From Archangiaceae bacterium (GTDB taxonomy: Bacteria > Myxococcota > Myxococcia > Myxococcales > Myxococcaceae), in the NCBI GenBank assembly GCA_043750125.1, contig JAYVCD010000077.1, positions 1 to 14,192 on the forward strand: a DNA stretch of 14,192 nt. The letters run 5' to 3'. Positions within the stretch are counted from its first letter, which is position 1. The number at the start of each line of letters is the position of its first letter. The notes under the pieces are model-generated. The model was not told the DNA's origin. It made no database searches and saw only the letters and a program-made list of their open reading frames with translations. Shown piece by piece: positions 7,318 to 13,519 of this stretch. The translations under genes and the position numbers were made by a program.

Positions 7318-8497
7318 GGGGGGCTCCCCCAACGAGAACGAGGTTCGAGCTGCGTTCGAGATCTGCGACCGCCCGGGTCCAGGTGGCGAACGCCTGCACC
7401 TGGGCCAGCCGGGCCTCGAGCAATGCTCTTTGAGCCTCGAGGACCCGCAACAGCTCGAGCCGACCCAGCCGGTACCCTTCTTCGGTGAGCGCCCGCGTCT
7501 CTTCGAGGTCCGGCAACACCTGGGTCTTCAGCGCAAGCCGCTGGGCCGCGCTGGCGAGCACGCGCTGCCACGCCTCACCCATTTCCGAACGCAGCCGCTT
7601 TTCTTCGAGGGTCAGCGTCGCCTCGGCAATCTGCTGCTGCGCCGAGGCCCGCGCGATCGCGCCTCCTCGAAGACTGAGCACCGGAAGATCAAAGCTCAGC
7701 CCAAAGACAAACTCCTGTCCGGAATACGAGGGGTCGAACTGATTGACCGCGAACTGCGCGTTCAACATCGGCCAGCGTTGACGTCGTTCAGCGACCAGGT
7801 GGGCCTCGGCCGCAGACACCGCCTCGCGATCGCGCACCAATGCCGGGTGGTCGGCCAGCCCCAGCGTGAGCTCGCCCGGAAGCTCGCCGTAACCCGGTTC
7901 CCCCGCGGCGATCAGCGAAGACTCGGCCCCCAGCAATACCGCCAGTCGGGTCGAGGCGGCGGCCACGTCATGGGTCGCCGCGTCGGCGTCTGCGGCCGCA
8001 CGGGCCTGGTCTGCGCGCGTGCGCAGCAAGTCGACTTTCGCCCCGGTGCCGGCATCGAACTTCTCGCGCGCCACGTCGAGAACGCGCTGCGCATCGGAAG
8101 CCGCAATCACCCGCAGGTTGCTGCGCTGCTGCGCTTCCCACAGGTCGACCCAGGCGAGGGTGGCCGCCCGACGCGCTTCACGGCGCGCCACTTTCACCTC
8201 GAGCCGTGCCACGTTCGCATCGGCTTGAGCGGCCGAACGGGCGGTGCCGCGTTGGCCGAACAGGGGCAGGGGCACGCTCAAGCCGGTGCTGAGCTTTGCG
8301 CTCTGGGTCCCGCTGCTCACGGTCAAGGTCGGGTTGGCCAGCGCGCTGGCAATCGCGACTTCTGCACCTGCGACGGCGGTGCGCAGCTGGGCCAGGGCCA
8401 CGTCGGGGGCCTGCTGCTGAGCCAGGCTTCGTGCGGCCTCGAAGGTGACCTGCTGGTGCGGCGCGGCGAGCAGCACCAGTGCGGCCCAGAGATTCAA
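7307..8497 (-). CDS. TolC-family outer membrane efflux protein
   Basis: Likely TTG start at 8497 overlapping the upstream TGA (TTGA). Signal-like NLWAALVLLAAP. Two OEP repeats (ANPTLTVS...LSVPLPLFGQRG; WPMLNAQF...LSFDLPVL; YRLGRLELLRVLEAQR). Confidence 0.93.
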   Translation of the reverse strand: MNLWAALVLLAAPHQQVTFEAARSLAQQQAPDVALAQLRTAVAGAEVAIASALANPTLTVSSGTQSAKLSTGLSVPLPLFGQRGTARSAAQADANVARLEVKVARREARRAATLAWVDLWEAQQRSNLRVIAASDAQRVLDVAREKFDAGTGAKVDLLRTRADQARAAADADAATHDVAAASTRLAVLLGAESSLIAAGEPGYGELPGELTLGLADHPALVRDREAVSAAEAHLVAERRQRWPMLNAQFAVNQFDPSYSGQEFVFGLSFDLPVLSLRGGAIARASAQQQIAEATLTLEEKRLRSEMGEAWQRVLASAAQRLALKTQVLPDLEETRALTEEGYRLGRLELLRVLEAQRALLEARLAQVQAFATWTRAVADLERSSNLVLVGGAPHAP

Positions 8498-8961
8498 TCG
8501 TTCTTGCCCGCGGGCTGGTCCTTCTTCAGAGCGCCCGAGCTGTCGAACACCAGTTCGCGCCGCACCCCGGCCGCGAGGACGACCACTTCCCAAATCGGAG
8601 CGGCGTGGGTGCGCAGGTCCTCGACGCGCTCGACACGCTCGAGCGAGGCCTTCGCGTACTTCGAAGCCGCCAGGGCCCGGGTGACTTCCGCGGGCAGATC
8701 CTTGGCGGCGAGAGTCCGTTCCTCTGCTTCGAGCTTTCCGTCGGGCGCGAGAATCAGCTCGACTCTCTGTCCCTCGAGCTCAAACGCCACCTCGTAGCTC
8801 TTCTTCGTTCCGTCGGTTTCCTCGACGTACCCGGTCACCTTCCCCTTCGGAAATCGTTCAGCGGCGGCTTTGACGACGGCCGCAGGGACCGCCTCGGGTT
8901 TGATCTTCTTCTCGCCGGCGAAGGCGACCACCGGAAGCAACAGCAGCAGGGTTGAGCGCAT
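8494..8961 (-). CDS. Periplasmic PepSY-like / beta-lactamase-inhibitor-like two-repeat protein
   Basis: Signal peptide MRSTLLLLLPVVAFA. Two repeats: VPAAVVKAAAERFP...YEV...VELILAPDGKL and LPAEVTRAL...WEV...RELVFDSSGAL. Confidence 0.85.
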   Translation of the reverse strand: MRSTLLLLLPVVAFAGEKKIKPEAVPAAVVKAAAERFPKGKVTGYVEETDGTKKSYEVAFELEGQRVELILAPDGKLEAEERTLAAKDLPAEVTRALAASKYAKASLERVERVEDLRTHAAPIWEVVVLAAGVRRELVFDSSGALKKDQPAGKND

Positions 8962-8983
8962 TGCCGGTTAATAGCGCCCGAAC

Positions 8984-9001
8984 ATGAGGAGACGATGAGA
9001 A
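8984..9001. promoter_or_regulatory. Putative OmpR-family tandem binding site in the divergent promoter
   Basis: ATGAGGA (8984-8990) and ATGAGAA (8995-9001), 11-bp period, inside the 70-bp gap between the efflux operon and the response regulator. Confidence 0.6.
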
Positions 9002-9031
9002 CCCGCCATTGCCCCGTAGAGTGCGTGCCCG

Positions 9032-9706
9032 ATGCGCTTGCTGGTGATCGAGGACTACGCGCCGTTGGCAAATTCCGTCTGCCAGGGACTTCGGGAAGCG
9101 GGCTACGCGGTGGATTTGGCGCGCGACGGCACCGAAGGTCTGGCGCTCGCGATGAGCACGCCCTACGACGCTTTGGTTCTCGATGTGATGCTGCCGGGGG
9201 TCGATGGGTTCGAGATCCTGCGTCGGGTTCGAGCGGCGCAACGTCCGATCGCCGTCCTGCTGCTCACCGCGCGGGACACCGTGAAAGACAGGGTCAGCGG
9301 GCTCGACCTCGGCGCCGACGATTACCTCGTGAAGCCCTTCGCGTTCGAAGAGCTGCTCGCGCGGGTCCGCTCGGTGATTCGCCGCCGCTACCACGCCCCC
9401 CAACACACGCTGAAGGTCGCGGACCTCGAGCTCGACCCCGCGGCCCGCACCGTGGTGCGAGGGGGAAAGCCGATCGTGTTGTCGGCCAAAGAGTTCGCGC
9501 TGCTCGAGTACCTGGTTTCCCGCCGCGGCGAAGTCGTCACCCGGGGGGACATCTGGGACCACGTCTACGATTTCGCGTCCGAGCCCTCGAGCAACGTGGT
9601 CGACGTCTACATCGGGTACTTGCGAAAAAAGATCGATCAGGGCCACGAGGTGAAGCTGATTCACACCCGGCGAGGGCAGGGCTACGTGGTCGAGGTCGAC
9701 GGGTGA
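9032..9706 (+). CDS. OmpR/PhoB-family response regulator (CusR/CzcR-like)
   Basis: REC domain (LVIED, LDVMLPGVDG, LLTARD, GADDYLVKPF) plus winged helix (LSAKEFALLEYL, SNVVDVYIGYLRKKID, LIHTRRGQGY). Confidence 0.97.
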   Translation: MRLLVIEDYAPLANSVCQGLREAGYAVDLARDGTEGLALAMSTPYDALVLDVMLPGVDGFEILRRVRAAQRPIAVLLLTARDTVKDRVSGLDLGADDYLVKPFAFEELLARVRSVIRRRYHAPQHTLKVADLELDPAARTVVRGGKPIVLSAKEFALLEYLVSRRGEVVTRGDIWDHVYDFASEPSSNVVDVYIGYLRKKIDQGHEVKLIHTRRGQGYVVEVDG

Positions 9707-11076
9707 AGAGCCTCGGGGCACGGCTGACGACGTGGGTCGTCGCGGTGGTCGCGCTCGCGCTGCTGGCCTTCTCCGGCCTGCTGTACTCGGTCCTTCGAGC
9801 GACGTGGGTCGCCCACTTCGATGATCGACTGAGAGACGAGGCGCGCGCCCTGGCGAACATGGTCGAGGAACGGCCGGCCCATCAGCCCTGGGAGCTCGAG
9901 CTCAGCGCCTTCGCCCAGTCTGAACAGTCGGGCGGCACCGAGTTCTATGAGCTGTGGATGGACGACGGCTCCGTGCTCGCGCGTTCGGCGTCGTTGGGAT
10001 CTGAAAATCTCGCTCGTGAGGGCGGGCCGGAAGTGCGGCTTCCCAATCAGCAGCTGGGCCGAGCGGTGATTGCCCATTTGCCCCCACGCCGAGACGAGGA
10101 CGCGCCGTCCACTCCCACCGGTCGGCTGCTGACCATTGCGGTCGCGCGAGACACCCGCGAGCTCGAGGGTCAGCTGCGGCTGTTGGCCTGGCTGCTGTCG
10201 GCAGGGGGTGCCGTGACCCTCGTTGCCGCCGCCGCCGCAAGTCGGTTTGCGATTCGTCAGGGGCTTGCGCCGGTGAAGCAGTTGGCCGCGCGAATCGACG
10301 CGATTGATGACAAGCGCCTGTCGGAACGATTGCCCGTCGAAGGGTTGCCGCTCGAGCTTTCTCCGGTGGTGGGCAAGCTCAACGGGTTGCTGACCCGGCT
10401 CGATGAGTCGTTTGCCCGAGAACGCCGCTTCAGTGCAGACGTGAGCCACGAGCTGCGAACGCCGATCGCCGGACTGCAGAGCATTTTGGAAGTGACCGCT
10501 TCCCGGGAAAGATCGCCGGCCGCATATCAAGCGGCGCTGGGCGACGCGCTGGTCGTCACGCGGCAGATGACGGGCCTGGTCGAAACGTTGTTGCTGCTCG
10601 CTCAGCTCGAGACTCAGCCCGCACCCGACCGGGCGGTGCAGACGCCGCTGCGAGCGTTGATCGAGGCGGCGCTGGTCCCGTTGTCGGCGCTGGCCGCCGC
10701 TCGGGGCTTGACCGTCACCTCAACCGTAGGTCCTGACATCTTTGTGGCGGCGGACTCCGGTCGGCTGCAATTGGTCCTGAGCAATCTGCTCAGCAACGCG
10801 CTCGAACACACCGCTCGGGGCGGACAAGTCAGGGTGGTCAGCGATCTTCAGCGGGGCATCTGGCTCGAAGTGCAAAACAGCGGGCCGCCCATTCCGGAAG
10901 CCGCGCTGCCGCGGATTTTCGAGCGGTTCTTTCGCGCCGACCCGTCGCGCTCAGGTACCGGCGAGCATCACGGCCTCGGGTTGGCAGTGGTTCGCGAAAT
11001 CTGCCAGCAATTGGGAGCGACCGTCAGCGCGCACAATCGCGCCGACGGGTGGGTCACCTTCACCGTCAGTAGATGA
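9703..11076 (+). CDS. Membrane sensor histidine kinase (2 TM, HAMP, HisKA, HATPase)
   Basis: True start is GTG 9703, overlapping the regulator stop (GTGA). H-box FSADVSHELRTP, N-box NLLSNALEH, NSGPPIP, IFERFFRAD, G2 box GLGLAVV. Confidence 0.95.
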   Translation: MKSLGARLTTWVVAVVALALLAFSGLLYSVLRATWVAHFDDRLRDEARALANMVEERPAHQPWELELSAFAQSEQSGGTEFYELWMDDGSVLARSASLGSENLAREGGPEVRLPNQQLGRAVIAHLPPRRDEDAPSTPTGRLLTIAVARDTRELEGQLRLLAWLLSAGGAVTLVAAAAASRFAIRQGLAPVKQLAARIDAIDDKRLSERLPVEGLPLELSPVVGKLNGLLTRLDESFARERRFSADVSHELRTPIAGLQSILEVTASRERSPAAYQAALGDALVVTRQMTGLVETLLLLAQLETQPAPDRAVQTPLRALIEAALVPLSALAAARGLTVTSTVGPDIFVAADSGRLQLVLSNLLSNALEHTARGGQVRVVSDLQRGIWLEVQNSGPPIPEAALPRIFERFFRADPSRSGTGEHHGLGLAVVREICQQLGATVSAHNRADGWVTFTVSR

Positions 11077-11425
11077 GCGTGCGGATTTGAGCGAGGGCGC
11101 TGGCGAGCTCGGCGGCGCTCGAGGCCTGGAAGAATTTCCGGTCGCAAGATCGGGTGAGCTTGTTGCAGCTGTTCCCGGTACCGCACTCTGCATCGAGTTG
11201 CGACGGGCAGGCCCGCGGCAGGGGGATCGCGATCAACGCCACGACAGCGACGACAACACACAGCCCCAAAGCTTTGAGCCCCAACCGATTTTGGCTCGGC
11301 CGCGCGGTCGCAAGGGCCGAACGCCACAACGCTTCTCGGCGCGCGGGGAGGAGCGGAACGCTGCTCTGGTCCCGGAAGGTTTCCAGTGCCTTGCGAGCGG
11401 AAGGAGAAAGCGACGACTCATCCAT
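11066..11425 (-). CDS. 119-aa single-pass membrane protein with an anti-sigma-like N-terminus and a four-Cys C-terminal segment resembling the end of the CglB-type vWA domain; possibly a deletion chimera
   Basis: LSPSARKALETFR...RREALWRS, TM GLCVVVAVVALIAIPL, then RACPSQLDAECGTGNSCNKLTRSCDRKFFQASSAAELASALAQI. The start overlaps the upstream frame's stop (ATGGATGA). The stop overlaps the kinase 3' end tail-to-tail. Confidence 0.55.
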   Translation of the reverse strand: MDESSLSPSARKALETFRDQSSVPLLPARREALWRSALATARPSQNRLGLKALGLCVVVAVVALIAIPLPRACPSQLDAECGTGNSCNKLTRSCDRKFFQASSAAELASALAQIRTLIY

Positions 11426-11489
11426 GACGCACCATTTGTTCCTCGAAATACTTCCGCGCGTGAGGCAGTCGCGTCCACACCGTCTTCAC
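11418..11489 (-). pseudogene. Remnant of an ECF sigma factor region 4 C-terminus
   Basis: Hand translation VKTVWTRLPHARKYFEEQMVRHG* resembles the TV(W/K)(T/S)RL(H/F)xAR recognition-helix end of ECF sigmas. No sigma region 2 lies upstream, and the frame is closed by a TGA near 11616. Confidence 0.55.
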
Positions 11490-11668
11490 CAGCACCCACA
11501 CGCCTTCGTCGCCCGCCTGGGCCAACCTCACCTGCTGTCCGTCAGCGCAGCGCCGAGGGATTCGCCCAGATTGCACCGCAAGCCGGGCTCGACCTGCAGT
11601 CGCACGGTCGCCGCCTCACCGACAGAGCTGAGAACCAGCACAGACAGGGCGCCCAGCCAAACCGACAT
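11490..11668 (-). pseudogene. N-terminus of an exported protein, stopping at 46 aa and apparently frameshifted near 11538
   Basis: ATG 11668: MSVWLGALSVLVLSSVGEAATVRLQVEPGLRCNLGESLGAALTDSR* (stop 11528-11530), signal-peptide-like. The adjacent frame continues QQVRLAQAGDEGVWVL directly into the sigma remnant. Confidence 0.4.
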
Positions 11669-11729
11669 CTGAATACTTTAAGTCGTTGGGGAATTCAGGA
11701 CCCGCCCCGATTCGCCCTAAGCTCTCCGG
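11669..11729. promoter_or_regulatory. Back-to-back -10 boxes, each 6 nt from an ATG (leaderless-type promoters)
   Basis: Minus strand: TAAAGT (11680-11675) ATTCAG ATG(11668). Plus strand: TAAGCT (11718-11723) CTCCGG ATG(11730). Both fit TANNNT, and neither has a Shine-Dalgarno. Confidence 0.5.
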
Positions 11730-11870
11730 ATGCTCACTTCCCTCGTCGTTGCGCTGACCCTGGCGTTCTCACCCATCAGCGGCACCGTTCACGGTCGCAC
11801 CACCAAATCGAAGACGGTGCACGTAAAAGCCAAGAGTGGAAAGCACGCGACCACGCACCGCCGCAGCTGA
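11730..11870 (+). CDS. Small putative exported basic peptide, 46 aa
   Basis: Below the ORF-track cutoff. MLTSLVVALTLAFSPISGTVHGRTTKSKTVHVKAKSGKHATTHRRS*. Hydrophobic N-terminus and a K/R/H/T-rich tail with no acidic residue. A -10 box lies 6 nt upstream, and the ORF ends convergently 11 nt from the next stop. Confidence 0.6.
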   Translation: MLTSLVVALTLAFSPISGTVHGRTTKSKTVHVKAKSGKHATTHRRS

Positions 11871-11881
11871 TCCGCGGCCGC

Positions 11882-12162
11882 TTACGCAGCGCTGCCGCTT
11901 CGCACCACGGCAATGCCCGCGAAAATCAGACAGCCGCCCAGGATCTTCGGCCACGTCACGATCGCGAGCAGCAAGTACCCGTACCAGAGAGCCCAGGCCG
12001 GCATGGCCAGATCGCTCCCGCGATGATTGCCCGCGCAGCCTTGGGCGTCAGCGCGTAGAACGACACTGCACTGCGCGCGAGCGCCTGTCCGATGCGCGGG
12101 AAGACGAGCAGCAACAGTGGGGAGCCTTCGAGGACAGCACCGCCACGCCCACCCCTCGCCAT
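11882..12162 (-). pseudogene. Probable DMT/EamA-family transporter C-terminal fragment with a frameshift near 12010
   Basis: Joining frame 11956..12162 (...LLLLVFPRIGQALARSAVSFYALTPKAARAIIAGAI) to frame 11882..12193 (LAMPAWALWYGYLLLAIVTWPKILGGCLIFAGIAVVRS) gives the typical EamA ending P-x(n)-G-YLLL...TWPKILGG.LIFAGI. Confidence 0.5.
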
Positions 12163-12248
12163 TCCTGCCTGGATTTTTCCGGGTGCGAGGCATGGGCAGG
12201 CGCTTCCATCGGTCGACCCTGATCCCTATCTCGCCCGACGGGGCAGAA

Positions 12249-12545
12249 TCAGTAGGGCAACGCGTATTTGTCAGACGCGACGTAGAGCGCCAGTCGGTGC
12301 GTCGTCTCCTTCCGCCCTTCTTTCAGGTGGATGATCGCCGACGTGCTCCCGGTGCTCTGCCCTGTGAACCTCAGCTTGCGTCCGTTGCGGCGCACGTCGA
12401 CCACCCGGGGGTCCGACAGTTCGACCTTCGTCACGTTGGCGGGCATGTCGATCGTCGTGCTGTACCCGACCGGCATGTTCACCCGCTTGTCACCCGCCAC
12501 TGCGGCCATCGAAACCAACGCACACACCAGACCCGTTACTCGCAT
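12249..12545 (-). CDS. Small exported protein with a pilus-assembly/secretin N-terminal-like domain (CpaC/RcpA N-terminal type), 98 aa
   Basis: Start ATG 12545: signal MRVTGLVCALVSMAAVA, then VNMPVGYSTTIDMPANVTKVELSDPRVVDV....KLRFTGQSTGSTSAII. Confidence 0.75.
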   Translation of the reverse strand: MRVTGLVCALVSMAAVAGDKRVNMPVGYSTTIDMPANVTKVELSDPRVVDVRRNGRKLRFTGQSTGSTSAIIHLKEGRKETTHRLALYVASDKYALPY

Positions 12546-12558
12546 GAGAACGGCAATG

Positions 12559-12574
12559 ATCAAGATGCGCGCCA
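12559..12574 (-). promoter_or_regulatory. Putative sigma54-type promoter with a TTGA variant at -12
   Basis: Minus strand reads TGGCGCGCATCTTGAT. It has the same 14-nt distance from the -12 position to ATG as the 2813-2828 element. Confidence 0.45.
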
Positions 12575-12689
12575 AGTGCACACAACAGAGATCTTCAGAG
12601 GTTGGCGCTGGGCCCAGGGGCACCTGCTCCAGACACCTTCAATCCAATGGACTGGTGTCACTCCAGAGTTTCACCGTTGTCCGCTTCCT

Positions 12690-13427
12690 TTACGGGTTGA
12701 GGAATCGCCGCCACACGCCGTACTTGCCGATCGCGTACAGCGCTCGAACTCCGTCCTTCCAACCGATCTTCTTTCCTTCGTCGTAGGTCCGACCGAAGTA
12801 GTTGATCGGCACCTCGTACACCCTCAACCCGGCGCGACCCACCTTGGCCGTCAGCTCGGGCTCGATCCCAAACCGCGTCTCTTCCAGCGTCAGCGTCTGC
12901 AGCACCTCGCGGCGAAACGCTTTGTAGCAAGTCTCCATGTCGGTCAGGTTCAACCCCGAAGTCATGTTCGACAGCAGCGTCAGCCCCGAGTTGATTACCG
13001 CGTGCCAGAAGTAGAGCACCCGCCGGGTGTCCCCGATGAAACGGCTGCCGAAGACCACGTCGGCCACCCCATCTCGAATCGGCTGAATCACCTTGAGGAT
13101 GTCATTCGGGTCGTACTCGAGATCTGCGTCTTGAATGATGACGATGCTTCCGGTCGATTCGTCGAACCCGCGCTTGATCGCCGCGCCCTTGCCGCTGTTC
13201 TTCGGCTGCAGCAGGACCTTCAGGGTGTTGACGTTGCGCGGCTTGGCCCCTGTGAGTGATTTGAGCCCATCGCGCTCGAGCCGCTGCAGCACTTCGCGTG
13301 AGCCGTCGGTGCTGCAGTCGTCGATCACCACCAACTCTTTGGGGAAGTCGACCGCGACGACGCGCCGAAGAAGCTCTTCGAGAGTTGCCAACTCATTGAA
13401 GACCGGAATGATGACCGAGACGATCAC
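12690..13427 (-). CDS. Glycosyltransferase family 2 (DPM1/polyprenol-phosphate glycosyltransferase-like)
   Basis: SVIIPVFNE, IDDCSTDGS, NSGKGAA, IIQDADLEYDP, VFGSRF, LTDMETCYKAFR, FGIEPELT, GRTYDEGKKIGWKDG. Confidence 0.96.
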   Translation of the reverse strand: MIVSVIIPVFNELATLEELLRRVVAVDFPKELVVIDDCSTDGSREVLQRLERDGLKSLTGAKPRNVNTLKVLLQPKNSGKGAAIKRGFDESTGSIVIIQDADLEYDPNDILKVIQPIRDGVADVVFGSRFIGDTRRVLYFWHAVINSGLTLLSNMTSGLNLTDMETCYKAFRREVLQTLTLEETRFGIEPELTAKVGRAGLRVYEVPINYFGRTYDEGKKIGWKDGVRALYAIGKYGVWRRFLNP

Positions 13428-13519
13428 GCGGGTGTGCCCTTAGCAACGCAGTGCGCTACCGTCCACGCGCTTTGTCCCTGCCTTCCGAAGGACAGACCCT
13501 GCGCGGCAGTGCCCCCCGG

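Noticed and set aside
6124..8797. 454-aa and 508-aa plus-strand ORFs
   Set aside because: Antisense shadows of the MFP, TolC and PepSY-like genes.
8995..9702. 236-aa N-terminal extension making a 693-aa kinase
   Set aside because: An Arg-rich off-frame read-through of the response regulator. GTG 9703 overlapping the regulator stop, followed directly by TM1, is the natural start.
3111..11076. Assigning czcCBA/cusCBA/cusRS gene symbols
   Set aside because: The context is similar, but the pump TM4 motif is DD-type and metal-ligand signatures are not evident, so orthology is unsupported.
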